Positions 39,955-53,990 of a stretch of DNA of 64,000 nt are shown in pieces. Position numbers and translations under genes: made by a program. Within the stretch, counting starts at the first letter, position 1. Each line of letters opens with the position of its first letter. The notes beneath the pieces were generated by a model. The model saw only the letters and a list, made by a program, of their open reading frames with translations. It was not told where the DNA came from and made no database searches. This DNA comes from Octopus vulgaris. Its lineage: Eukaryota. The stretch is from contig OX597830.1 of assembly GCA_951406725.2 (NCBI GenBank), positions 51,150,001-51,214,000 of the forward strand, in the 5' to 3' direction.

Positions 39955-40325
39955 TTAATAGCTAATCCTTTTGTCAAATAAAGCAGCCATTTGCTTATTT
40001 GTCATTTGCTTATTTTAAGAAGAAAAATAAAAAAGTAGGCGACGTATACTCCACTTGCTTCTTCAATTCATATAAAAGAATAACGATTTCACGGTCCATA
40101 TATTGCCATAAAATTGTGCGTTCTTTCAGGGGAAGTAACTCCGTAACAATCCTTCTTTGTTATCTCCCGTGAAAATTCGATATAACTTGCGAAAATTATC
40201 CTCAGATATGTATACTTTTATACAACTGATAAGTGCAGGTGTTGTAGTGAGTTGGATAATATTATCCTTGCGGGAAGGGTTCGAATCCGGTGGCTGAAAA
40301 TATGGAGAAATATTATTTTATACTA

Positions 40326-40488
40326 GGCGCAGAAGTGGCTGTGTGGTAAGAATCATGCTTGCCAACAACATGGTTCCGAGTTCAGTCCTACTGCGTGGCA
40401 CCTTTGACAAGAGTCTTCTACTATAGCCTCGGGCCGACCAAAGCCTTGTGAGTGGGTTTGCAAGACGGAAACTTGCAAGAAACCCCTC

Positions 40489-40549
<61 letters not shown>

Positions 40550-40623
40550 CATACATGTATATATTTATATATATACATATATACATATATATATATATAC
40601 ACATAACACACATTTGTGTGTGT

Positions 40624-40678
<55 letters not shown>

Positions 40679-40890
40679 TGTGTTTGTGGCTGTGTTTGTT
40701 GTCCCCACCACCCATCGCTTCACAACCGCTGTTGGTGTGTTTAAGTTCTCGTGACATAGCAGTTCGGCAAAAGAAGCCGATAGAATAAGTACCAGGCTTA
40801 CAAAAACTAAGTCCTGGGATTGACTCGTTCCACTAACGGAGGTGATCCAGCATGGCTGCAGTCAAACGACTGAAACAAGTAAATGAAAAT
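40326..40890 (+). mobile_element. SINE family B, full length, with internal (TA)n(TG)n
   Basis: Head GGCGCAGAAGTGGCTGTGTGGTAAG; 3' end CCAGCATGGCTGCAGTCAAACGACTGAAACAAGTAAA. Confidence 0.9.
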
Positions 40891-41164
40891 CCAAAACAAA
40901 TAAGATGAAGCAAATCTGGCCTTTTACCTAAGGGTTTCCTTTCGAATCGTGTTAATTTCGACTAAATTAATTTTACATGTTTTGAAGTTTTCTTTCCCCC
41001 CCCTTTTTTTATGGCAAATTCACGTTCAATATTACCGCTGCGTTGTTATATTTCAATTCGGCACATCGGACTTTTATTAAAGAATTGATATTTCTCGTGT
41101 GTCTGTGTGTGTTTGAGGCAGTGTGCATGCAAGTTTGTATGTATATAACTGTGTGTGTATATAT

Positions 41165-41497
41165 ATATTTCTTTATTGCCCACAAGGAGCTAAACATAGA
41201 GAGGAAAAACAAGGACAGACAAACGGATTAAGTCGATTACATCGACCCCAGTGCAAAACTTGTTCTTTATTTATCGACCCCGAAAGGATGAAAGGCAAAG
41301 TCAACCACGGCAGAATTTTAACTCAGAACGTAACGACAGACTGCTATGTCGCCATTTTTTTGTGTATTTCAACCAGAAAAATATTCACTTAAAGAGAATA
41401 ACAAGCTACATAATGCAAAGTTTTTACTTTTCAAAAATTCCAAAATACCGCTAAGCATTTCGCCCGACGCGTTAACGTGTCTGCCAGCTCGCCGCCG
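41165..41497 (-). mobile_element. SINE family A containing a ~100-bp Helitron-derived insert
   Basis: SINE consensus is interrupted at about 41342-41442 by sequence matching 39800-39906. Confidence 0.88.
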
Positions 41498-41544
41498 TCT
41501 GCGTGTATATATAATGATAATTCTTTATACATAAATGTATGTAC

Positions 41545-41595
<51 letters not shown>

Positions 41596-41618
41596 CATAT
41601 ATATATGTACCTATATAT

Positions 41619-41661
<43 letters not shown>

Positions 41662-41763
41662 TTAATCAATATAGGGTGGCAAAAAAAATTTTGTAGAATT
41701 CTTTTGCCACCAGCGGCCTAGTGGGAAAAAATTAAATAGTCATAAACCATTTTTAAGTTCAAC

Positions 41764-42071
41764 ATCACAATCAAGGAACGGCCATAATAGGCCATTCACC
41801 CACTAGAAATAACAGCCAAAAAGCTTTAACCGCAAAATAACGTCAATTCCGTAAACCAGGAGAAAATTAAAAAATTAAAAAAATTAAAAAATTAAAAAAA
41901 TTAAAAAAAAATTAAAAAATTAAAAAAATTAAAAAATTAAAAAACATTTACAGGGTAAATGTTTTTTAATTTTCTCCTGGTTTACGGAATTGACGTTATT
42001 TTGCGGTTAAAGCTTTTTGGCTGTTATTTCTAGTGGGTGAATGGCCTATTATGGCCGTTCCTGATTGTGAT
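41764..42071. repeat. Near-perfect palindrome with (AAAAATTA)n expansion in the left arm
   Basis: 41955-42071 is the reverse complement of the left arm; 3-nt loop AGG. Confidence 0.93.
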
Positions 42072-42100
42072 ATATATACATATATATATATATATATCTG

Positions 42101-42167
<67 letters not shown>

Positions 42168-42175
42168 GTCTATCT

Positions 42176-42409
42176 ATTCTTTTATTCTTTTACACGTTCC
42201 AGTTATTTGACTGCGGCCATGCTGGAGTACCGTCTTAAAAGGTTTTAGTCAAACAAATCGCCCCCAGGACTTACTCTTTGTAAGCTTAATAGTTATTCTA
42301 TCGTTTCTCTTTTGCCGAAACGCTAACTTAGGGGGGCATAAACACCCCAACATCGGTTGTCAAACGATGGTGGGGAGACAAACACACACACACACACTCA
42401 CACTCACAG

Positions 42410-42462
<53 letters not shown>

Positions 42463-42873
42463 AAATTAAGAGGAATGACCAAAGTGGACACCCTAAAACC
42501 CTATATGGTAAACATGGACGTCAAATCGCCATTACTACGAAGAATGTGTTCTTCAGAACACATTCTTCGTGATAATGGTGATTTGACGTTTATGTTTAGC
42601 ATATAGGGTGTCCACTTCAGTGGCCATTACTCTTAATTTGGTATGTAACACAATATTTAATCTTCGGATTTTTAAATGTGCTAAGCCACCGGTTTTAATG
42701 GATTAACATCAATTTCTACTCTTGTTATTTACTTATATATATATATATATATCCACTCACAAGTCTCTGGTCGACCCGAGGCTATAGGTTGAAGACCCAT
42801 ACCCAAGGGGCCACGCAGGGGGACTAAATGCGGAACCATGCGGTTGGGAAGCAAACTTACCACCACACAGCCA
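42176..42873 (-). mobile_element. SINE family B split by an insertion in its internal microsatellite
   Basis: 3' half 42176-42385; 5' half 42751-42873. Confidence 0.8.
42458..42644. repeat. Foldback palindrome (~90-bp arms, 2-nt centre)
   Basis: ..ACGAAGAATGTGTTCT tc AGAACACATTCTTCGT.. extending out to AATTAAGAG / CTCTTAATT. Confidence 0.9.
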
Positions 42874-43659
42874 CGTGCGCGCGTGTGAGTGCGTGTGTGT
42901 GTGTGTGTGTGTGTGTGTCTACACACATACATAAACGCTTGCATGCATACACACACACACACACACACACACAACATATATTCAAAGGTAGGCGCAGGTA
43001 AGCGGGGAATGATGTTACTTCTCTGTTGTCATTACATTTGGTTATTAAGACTGCTACCCCACCAAAAGAAGTTGTTTTGTTGTACCGTTGGTTATTGTTG
43101 TTATCGCTGCTGCTGCTGCTGCTGTTGTTGTTGTTAGGCAACAAGACGGGTAAGGGTGAGTAGATGATGGTCTAGTGCTTAGGGGCGGGGACCCCTGACC
43201 TTGGAAAAAGAAAGAAAACTTTGGTCGTCTTGTTGTAGTCGAGGGCTCTTCGTTGACGCCCGACACCACTGGGAGGTGGCCCTCAAAGTCGCTGGTAATA
43301 GAGATCTCCAGGTCCAAATTCTTGAACGGCTGCAGCTGCTGTTGCTCGCGATGGTATTCCTAAAGAACTTCCAGGTCTTAATTCCAGTTTAAGTTGCGGA
43401 ATGGTTTCCATACTTTCCTGATTCGAAATTTGTAAGTTCGCGGGGAAGAGTTCGATAATGAAGATTTTGCTGCCGCCAGGTTTGGTTAAAAAATTTCTAT
43501 TCATACGGTACAAATTTCCACGGTAACCAATTGCTCTATTGGAAGCCGCTCAATCTGCCAAAAATAACAGCCAAATCAGCAACCTTTCTATATTAAAAGT
43601 CACCAAACACATGCAGCATCACCCTAGATAGAGATACGAGGATAAAAGAATTTGCACCT

Positions 43660-45200
43660 CAGGGTAGTTATAGGCACCTGGGGGTATATGAAGGAGATGG
43701 GATTAACCACTGACTAATGAGAAAATGGATAAAGAAGGAGGGCTACTGAAGAGTAAGAACCATTCTGAAAACCTAATTGAATGCTAAACACAAAATTGAG
43801 GCCATAAACATGCTGGCCTTACCTGCAATCACATACAACTTCAATATTATAAACTTCTCCCCTCTATGTTTATCCCCCTTTTGGGCAATAAAGAAATAGA
43901 TATTATAAACTTTTCTCTCTCTATGAAATTAACAGGGTTGATGTATCAAAATACGAAAGCTCATGACAAAGCATTGTGTGCATCACCCAAAAACGGACAC
44001 TGGCCGAGTATACCTTCCGAGAAAAGAAAGCAGTCCGGGATTAATACAGTCTCAACTCTCAGTGAAAATTACAACATGGAACGTTTTGCCTACTTGCAAC
44101 AAGTAAACGATTGGATGATAAAACCAGTTCCGAAGCACGAAGATATCAATAAGTTGCAATCATTGACGGAAAACTAGAAAGTATACCTCTGAGAAATGCA
44201 ACTTAAAGAATCAGTACCCGAAGAAATTGTGTTCCCAGTAGACAAGGAGAAACACTTAAAAACATTAGCCAAAGAAACTAGCTTCCAATATATTTATTTC
44301 TTTACTACCCACAAGGGACTAAACATAGAGGGGACAAACAAGGACAGACAAAGGGATTAAGTCGATTATATCGACCCCAGTGCGTAACTGGTACTTTATT
44401 TATCGACCCCGAAAGGATTAAAGGCAAAGTCAACCTCGGCGGAATTTGAACTCGGAACGTAACGACAGACGAAAAACGGCTGCGCATTTCGTCCGGCGTG
44501 CTAACGTTTCTGCCAGCTCGCCGCCCTAGCTTCCAATATATTAAGGGTACATTCGAGCAACGGCCACTACATGACAAATACCCGAGTAGAATCAGGGACA
44601 TTGATTTAGATCAAGCTCTTACTTATCAGTTGCAGTGATGCTCTATTCTCAAACCAGAAACTGTGGGGTTAATCATTGCTGCTCAGGACCATTCCCTTAC
44701 AGATAGGAATTACCAGAATAACGTCCTGAAATTTGAAAGAAGCTTATCATGTTACATATGCGGAAAACACCCAAAGACACTCGACTGCATTTTCTCTCGA
44801 TACTGCAGACTGGCAGCAACGGAATATTTGCAAAGTCATGACAGGGCTGCTCAGTACAGACACAGGTTAATATGCCACACATACCACCTCACTCACAAAA
44901 ATAATTGGTGCAAACACAAGTCACTACAAGTTGCCCACAATGCTGATGTTACCATCCTTCGGAATTTCAATGTTCAGATCGATCGGGAAATACAGGCAAA
45001 CCGACCTGATCTCATAGTGAAAAATCACATCGTAAAGATTTGTTTTCTGATTAATGCTACAGCTCCAGCCGACAGAGACATACCTCTGAAAACATTTGAA
45101 AAACTGAGCAAATATAAGGACCTGAAGATTGAAATCAAAAGAATGTGACATGTCAAACCAACAACATTCTCTATTATTATTGAGGCACTTGAAATATTTT
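43660..45200 (+). pseudogene. R4/Dong-type LINE remnant (RT C-terminus, zinc knuckle, REL endonuclease)
   Basis: YRHLGVYEGDG, GLIIAAQD, CYICGKHPKTLDC, IQANRPDLIV, EKLSKYKDL. Interrupted by SINEs. Confidence 0.85.
44295..44525 (-). mobile_element. SINE family A, full length
   Basis: Perfect 17-bp TSD CTAGCTTCCAATATATT (44278-44294 / 44526-44542). Confidence 0.93.
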
Positions 45201-45514
45201 TTCCTACATCAATGTTTTCAATTGTATGGTACCTCACCTGTTAGGATTTTTAGATGCAAAAACCTAGTTATATCTTCATGTCTCAGATTGAGATTTGGGT
45301 GCAACTCGTATAAATTAAAGCAAAACCAAAAACACAACGTAATAATGATAATAATCCTTTCTACTACAGGCACAAAATCTAATTTCCTTTTTTTTTTTCT
45401 TTTGCGAGGGGCTTCTCGATTACAATGACCCGAGTACCCAACTGGTACTTATTTTATCGATTCCGACAGAAAAAAAAACAGCAAAACCGACCAGAAGATT
45501 GGTCATTTTTTGCA

Positions 45515-46380
45515 AAGAAGATTGCCACAGTTGACCTAGACACTTACCTGAAAAACTCTGATGACTGGATGTTAAAACTTGACTCAAAGCAGGAAAATAA
45601 GAACAACATTACGCTCAGGAACAAAACAGGCAAAGGAATATCTAAGTGAATTCCAAATACAACAAATTCCAGAATTAGACATACTAGAAACAAGCACAGA
45701 AAAAGCTAAGCATATGAAAACCCGTGCTAAAACTGCTGCTTAGATATTCTTACTGAATAATAGCAAGAAAAACCTCTCAATGGCAAATACCCAAAGAGAG
45801 CTAATAGTGCCGATGTTGCCAAAGCGCTTACCTATCAATGGTAAGTGGCTTGCAGCTTAAAGTCAGAAACAGAAGGGTTTATCATAGTAGCCCAAAATCA
45901 ATGCCTACCTACAAGAAACTACCAGGCTAATATATTAAGGAACGGCAGTAGCCCAACATGTCGTATATGTCAACAACATAATGAAACCATTGATCATGTT
46001 GTCTCCATGTGTAGTCTTCTTGCACCTAAAGTGTATCTCAACAGGCATAATAGAGCAGCACAATATATTTACAGGGTCATTTGCAAAAACTTGGACCTGC
46101 CCCATGATAAAAGCTGGTGAGAACACAAACCACCTCCAGTGCTTGAAGATGATCCCATCTCACTCCTCTGGACCTTCACCATTCAAACTGACAGAAAGAT
46201 GGGTGCGAATAGGCTAGACATTATATTGAAAGACTTCAGACAAAAATCATACCTCCCCATTGATATGACTGTCCCAATTGATATAAACGTATCTGTCAAG
46301 ACCTACAAAAAAACTGAGCAAGTATAAAAATCTTGAAATAGAAATTGGCAAAATGTGGAACATCAAAGCTAAAACAATAA
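45515..46380 (+). pseudogene. R4/Dong-type LINE remnant
   Basis: LKSETEGFIIVAQNQ, CRICQQHNETIDHVVSMC, ANRLDII, IDMTVP. Its 5' part is similar to 36400-36670. Confidence 0.88.
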
Positions 46381-47199
46381 CTGAATAAAGTTTAAAAGAA
46401 AAAAAATAAATTAAGCTCGTTGCAGCTGAGAATCGAAACCGTACAAATAGATCAGTTTACCGAAATTTTATCTCCTAGCCATAAGCCACCCACCCCAATT
46501 GTCTTAACGTTTGCTTCCACAGTCCTCTTACTTATTGATTTTATTCTCGTTTACAAGATTTCATTTCGTGATTTTTCTTTTAATAATATTTTTATTGAAT
46601 TTATTTTATTCCATTTCATTTTACATTTTAGTTTTCATATTGACCGTAATATCATAAAATTGTAATACTTTCGAATTGGTTATCTTATCATTTCTATTTT
46701 ATTTCATTTCATTCATTCTTCTTTTCTTTCTTTACTTTTCTTTTTTTTTTTTTCTTTTTTTTTTTTTTTTGGCGACGAAATATATTTAGATTTATTCAGT
46801 AGCTGAAGAATTATATATTTGGAATTTCCATAATATCGCTAGCAATATATTCTTTAAAATATTCTTTTGTAATTTTGAATACGAAACCAACTCGATATAT
46901 TCTATCAGAAATAATTTCTATACTTTATTTTATTATGTATTTCCGTTTTTATTCTTATGTTTTTATAAATTTATTTATTTATTTTTCGGTTCTCCGTTCC
47001 GTCAATAATGCCAACCTTAAAGTCGCCCACAGTCTGTTAGTCACATTGAGTGTTCACCAAAAATATTATCTTCTTTACATTAGAGAAAAAGGACCTGTAT
47101 CTTAAGAGAAGGGATGGGTGTAGTGTTGTGGAGTTCATGTCTTTCTAAAGCAGTGCTCCGAAAACTGAACATGGAAACTCAGAGTTTAAAAGAACAGCT

Positions 47200-48035
<836 letters not shown>

Positions 48036-49465
48036 CCATTCAATATCTTTTTTTTTATTTTGCCACATGGACAGCAGTTTTGAAAGGGGGGAGGGGTTAA
48101 TCGATGATATCGATCCTAGTATTTGACGTTTTCTTTATTTTATCAAATCCGAAAGAAAGAAAACAGAATTAACCTCGGCGGGATTTGAAGTCAGTGGGTA
48201 GAAGGTCGGAAGAAAATACCGCGTAGCATCTCTTCCGATGATCTGATCAGGTATGCAGTAAATAATGCGGTGTTGGATACACTGCACGCGAATATACGGT
48301 GTGTTAGTCACAGCTGGAACGCCTTTGACCGTAGTTGCACCATAGTTGTTGAGGGTGTTGTTATCGTGTCTGACACTAAACTTCACCACCACCGACACCA
48401 ACATCACCAACACCATCACCACCAGCACCATCACCATTACCACTACTACCACCACTAAAAACAACAACAACAATAAATAGAATAAGACTAAGCAAAACTA
48501 AATATAATCTGAAATATATTTTTAGATACTTGTTTCATTTTTGTTTGCTTCTTCTTTGCCTTCCATTTCGGATCAAGTTGTAAAACTTACCGAGTCACCT
48601 GAGCGATGTCCTATCAGATTACTACATATCATCACAATAGATCAACATTCCTTGTGTTTCAGACATGTCTAAGCTGAAAATGAAATACCGACCCACAACA
48701 CCGTTTAGTGACTAGTTAGAATTTTGAACTTTACCAACGTTTATTCTCGTCTGTAGAGCTGACAAAATATAAACAAATATTTACATCTAAAATAAGCTTT
48801 GATCGTTTTGGTCTCTACTCGACATCAGATGTCTTATTCTTGGATATAAACGCTTTACCAGAATAGATAAGAACTGGTTGTCTTTAAAGCTGGATGTAGA
48901 GGGCTCATTGTTGCTGTTGTTGCCAGGCTTAACTCATCATAAAGCAAATACCATCATGAATGATATCCAGACTGTAGTGAAGAAGGAGGCAAGCAACTGG
49001 ATTTGGTTAAATAGAGACGATGAGCAATGGTGAGAAGAATATTGAGGGAAACCTAGTAACCAGCTGATCTATCAAGCGAGGCTTCATCTCAGTGAGGGAG
49101 TGGGCCGTTGTGCAATAACACCGTCGAAAGGAAGGGCCCGGAATGGTGTGCATTCTCTTCTGATGACCCCACAAACTTGCTAGCATCCGATATGAGGAGC
49201 TTTCAACTGGTAGCACTTGCAGCTGCAAGTTGTTTTCAAAAACTGTGATATCTACATTGCATTTCGGTCGGTTTCAATACTCGTCATCAAGAGTATTACA
49301 ACTGGACCAACATACATAAATAACATCCTAGATCGGAACTAGATCTCTTTATCGTGTATATTTGAAATATTTACATCTACAAGAGTTTTAATCAGCATCG
49401 TTACGTACCTTATTCACTAATGTCAACGAAAAAGATGAGAACTCATTATCCTCACAATGTGTTCT

Positions 49466-49823
49466 CTTATTCTTTTATTTGTTTCAGTCATTAGACTGCG
49501 GCCATGCTGGAGCACTACCATTTTTAGCCGAATGAATTGACCCTAGTACTTATTTTTAAAACCTAGTTCTGATTTTATCGTTAGGTTTTTGTCGAGCCGC
49601 TAAGTTACAGGGACGTAGACACACCAACACCGGTTTTCAAGCGATGGCGAGGAATAAATACACGCACACATACATAAACGTGTGTGTGTGTGTGTGTGTG
49701 TACACGATGGGCAGTTTTCAGTTTCCGTCTGCCAAATCCACTCCCGAGGTTTTGATCGATCCGATGCTATAGTAAAAGACACTTGCCGGAGGTGCCACGC
49801 AGTGGGACTGAACTCGGAACCAT
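49466..49823 (-). mobile_element. SINE family B
   Basis: Reverse complement of the family B consensus, with internal (TG)n. Confidence 0.85.
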
Positions 49824-50009
49824 GTGTTTATATGTATATAATTTGTATATACATGTGTTTATATGTATATAATTAAGAGAAATAACATCTATTAAGCAAG
49901 TCAATAATGAAAGATATCCATATTAAATAGAAAAAATTTAAATATATTATAATAAATATTATTTTTTAAAAATCAATAAATTAAATAAACATTAAATAAA
50001 CATATATAT

Positions 50010-50512
50010 ATTACATGGAGAATGAGAGCATGAAAAGCAATATAATTAAGATTATATACCTGGAAAGATATTACACCTGTGAACGTATAGGACAAGCTAT
50101 TACTTCCAGTAAAGAATAAGAAAGTTTTTACTTAAACTATTGCAGCAAAGAATGCCAGTTCTTCTAATTTATCACCCTTTACAGTTCTCAACTTTTAAAT
50201 TTATTTTACAAAACTGTTCAGCTAATCGGTAAGTTTGTCTAATTAGTCACTTTTTTCTGTATTTAAGATAGTAAATTAGCCAAATTCTACTTAAATAAGT
50301 AAGTGTTATTTGTAAACTATAATAAAAATAAGTTTTATTATTCAAATTTTAATTTTAGCTGCAATGTTTTTAGTAAAAAATATCTTATTCTTTACATTAC
50401 TAGAAATAATAGCTTATCCTATACTTTTACAGGTGTAATTACTTGTCCTGTACTTTTCCAGCTTTATAATCTTCAGAATATTACTTTTCATGCTCGCATT
50501 TTTCCATGTAAT
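50010..50512. mobile_element. AT-rich foldback/MITE-like element with ~140-bp diverged inverted arms
   Basis: 50010-50147 is inverted relative to 50358-50512. Confidence 0.7.
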
Positions 50513-51169
50513 CCATGATTTTTCCGGGCACTGCTCTTATAAGATAATTAACAATGTGTCAATTAATAATTTAAGAGTTTACCTTATAAGATACTGAAAG
50601 ATAATATTTCAGTTTTTCCATGTAAGTGATAATATTTCATTTTTTTCATTTTTAATTTAAATATATGTTGGGATTGAATTATTTGATATTACCCATCAAC
50701 ACCAAATTAATGGCAAATTTTTACCGTGTTGTTAGTTGCACCATGGCTCACCAAAAGTTACAAACAACACACACACCTAATTTTTTTCCGAACCAAAATG
50801 AGGGATTTGAAGCATATTAGGAGGTCAGTGTACTTGATTCCACGCAAAAAATCAAATTTGTATTCTTTTTCTCAGCGAAAACCGTGCGGGAGTTAATATA
50901 GAAATTTACTATAATGTTTGTATTTAGCCTCAGATCAACCCTGATACTGCAAACCTGTCATCAAAGACATTCCAGCCTTCAGTAAACTGTCTTTTTAAGG
51001 ATAATCTAGGACATATCATACAATGGGTGTGTGATTTAAGTAGGGGGATACTTTGGTTGCTATTTTTAGCGTGTCGAGCGACTAGATAGATTCTCTTTGA
51101 TTGGTTCGATTGCGTGATGAGATTTTTTTTTTACACATATATGAAATATGTATATATTTAAGGATTTAA

Positions 51170-51215
<46 letters not shown>

Positions 51216-51217
51216 TC

Positions 51218-51303
51218 GGCAGAAGTTACAAAGTAAGTCAAAAATTTCGTGCATTGGCACTTATCAAACACGAATTTGTCCATTGTTACTCTGTAACTTC
51301 TGA
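51218..51303 (-). ncRNA. Degenerate U3-A8 hammerhead-like motif within short inverted repeats
   Basis: Minus strand GT-TTGATAA-GTGC(CAAT)GCAC-GAAA; flanks CAGAAGTTACAAAGTAA / TTACTCTGTAACTTCTG; next to (TA)n. Confidence 0.5.
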
Positions 51304-52386
51304 CGAAATAACTTGTAAAATACAAAATTTTGTCAAAAACGTTATGTGACACATTCTAAGGGATACATTCTACCAGTATCGGGAGCTTGAAAGCGTTTAG
51401 TTAAAAAAAAAGTTAATTAAATAATCTTTACGTCAAAGTTGAGCTCGGCTGAATTTGAACTCGAAACGTAAAGACAAACGAAATACCGGTAACCATTACG
51501 CCCTGCGCGTTAACATTTCTGCCAGTGTGTCACCTCAGAAAATAAGTCTTCATTTTAGAAATATATACTTTATCTTATTGCTTAAACGTTACTTCTTACT
51601 GCCTAACTTGCTGACATAAAATTTCGTAATATTTTACCTCATAACTGTTTTTCTACTAAATTTTGTTTAATGCGACTAACGATCCTGAATTCCTCATGCA
51701 TTTTTCTATCATTTAAATCTAAGAAAAGTATATGTTTAACTTAAAATTTTTTAAAAAAATGTTAATTGAAGATGAATATCTGCCTTACTGTCCAAGGTCT
51801 GATATATTTTGATGTAACTTTTTTTTCTACTGAACCAAATCTCAAACTATTGATGCCAAAGTGTAGCTGAGGAGGTGTCCTCTTTAAAACTATTAACAGT
51901 TTGTAATTATAATTTAGTTGAGAACTAAATTAGTGGTGAAGCTTGGAATCTGCTGCGAACGACGAAATGGTGGACTTAAGAATATATTCAACCACTACCG
52001 TGGTTGAATGATATGTATGTGTGTGTATATATATATGTGTGTATGTGTGTGTATAAATATATATATATATCTTTATATATATATACATACGCGCGTGCAT
52101 GCACACACACACACATATGGCGTTTGGGTCTTTGGCCTTTTAATCAATTCTGGTAAGATTTAAATCTAAAGGGAAATAGCTAATTATTACATTGTTGCAT
52201 TTCATTTTAATCCGTCGGTCTACCACGGATTAGCATTGTATATGATATCCTCTCGAAGGGAGAAGAATCGCTGAATCTGTAGAGCAACAGAGTAAAACCT
52301 CTCGAATATTCAACTTAATTTTGTCTCTTCTGTTTTTTTAACTTAGTTCAAACCCTGTTGAGGTCACTATCTTTCATGTTCCTGAG

Positions 52387-53110
52387 ATCATCATCATCAT
52401 CATCATCATCATCATCGTTTAACGTCCGTTCTCCATGCTAGCATGGGTTGGACGGTTCGACCGGGGATCTGGGAAGCCAGAAGGCTGCACCAGGCTCCAG
52501 TCTTATCTGGCAATGTTTCTACAGCTGGATGTCCTTCCTAACGCCAACCACTCCGTGAGTGTAGTGAGTGCTTTTTACGTGCCACCTGCACAGGTGCCAG
52601 GCGAGGCTGGCAACGGCCACGGTCGGATTGGTGTATTTTACGTTCCACCGGCATGGAGGCCAGTCGAGGCGGCGCTGGCATCGGCCACGAGTCGGATAGT
52701 GCTTTTTACGTACCACCAGACCAGGGATCCTGGCTGGTTCAATTCGATTTCGATTTCGCTTGCCCCAACATGTCTTCGCAAGCAAAGGGGGTTGGCATGG
52801 GTGCCTGTCGTCGGATGAGGTTCTATATCGACTTCGCTTGCCTCAACAGGTCTTTGTGTCCAAGGGAGGAAAGGCATGCATAAGTTGGCTGGGCTCACTT
52901 GACCTGCCTGGTCTTCTCACGTACAGCATATTTCCAAAGGTCTCGATCGCTGGTCATTTCCTCAGTGAGGCCTAAAGTTCGAAGGTCGTGCTTCACCACC
53001 TCGTCCCAGGTTTCCCTGAGTCTACCTCTTCCACGGGTTCCCTCAACTGTTAGGGATTGGCACTTTCTCACACACCTATCTTCATCCATTCTCGCCACAT
53101 GACCATACCA
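52387..53110 (-). mobile_element. 5'-truncated RTE-clade LINE with (GAT)n tail
   Basis: WYGHVARMDEDRCVRKCQSLTVEGTRGRGRLRETWDEVVKHDL..DRDLWK, then 3' UTR and (GAT)n. Inserted into a decayed SINE. Confidence 0.9.
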
Positions 53111-53500
53111 AATAAATACCAGTTATATATTGGGCTCGATTAAATCGACAGTAGCTCTTCTTCCACATAAATTTGGACGTTCATGAAATGAAGTTAAAAG
53201 TAATTATCACTTTTTGAATTTTAGGAGAACATCAGTGTGTTTGTCTGACTTACTAAAAAGTAACATCCAATTCTTATCATACAGAATTCTGTAGACTAAA
53301 AAGAGAAGAAAAGACGATTTAGTACATTCAGTTTTCCATGATGTATTATCTCTGAATAAAAAGCAAATGATGTGTTGGTCACCACTAGTATATTGCTCAT
53401 CTCGATCATGATCTACTCGATCAAGCCTGACTTGGGGGCTAAACTACAATTTTAAAATTATATCAGCACCATCACCAAGTAGTAGTAGTAGTAGTAGTAG

Positions 53501-53658
53501 TCATCATCATCATTGTTCGACCGTGGTCGAGACAATGGAATTTACCATGCTACGCCAGACTTCACGGTCCATCATGGCATTACGGAGGTCCTGTTGCTGG
53601 ATGCCTGTATCCCTGGAGATTACATCAGGGTAGGAGAGTGTGCGCCCTCTGGTATTGC

Positions 53659-53660
<2 letters not shown>
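53501..53660 (-). mobile_element. RTE-type LINE 3' fragment inserted in (TAG)n
   Basis: RGRTLSYPDVISRDTG..DLRNAMMDREVWR followed by (TGA)n. Confidence 0.8.
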
Positions 53661-53691
<31 letters not shown>

Positions 53692-53787
53692 GTGGTGGTG
53701 GTGGTGATGGTGGTGGTGGTGGTGGTGGTGGTGGTGGTGGTGATAGTAGTAGTAGTGGTGGTGGTGGTGGTGGTGGTGGTGGTGGTG

Positions 53788-53833
<46 letters not shown>

Positions 53834-53906
53834 TGGTGGTGGTGATAGTAGTAGTAGTAGTGGTGGTGGTGGTGGTTGTGCTGGTGGTGGTAGTAGTAGA
53901 AGTAGA

Positions 53907-53990
<84 letters not shown>

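Noticed and set aside
40240-40295. tRNA gene suggested by GGTTCGAATCC
   Set aside because: No cloverleaf; at most a decayed SINE head. The tRNA-like heads elsewhere belong to SINEs.
43140-43400. GC-rich block after (TGT/TGC)n as a host exon
   Set aside because: More likely a LINE 3' end on the minus strand; no diagnostic motif recognised, so left uncalled.
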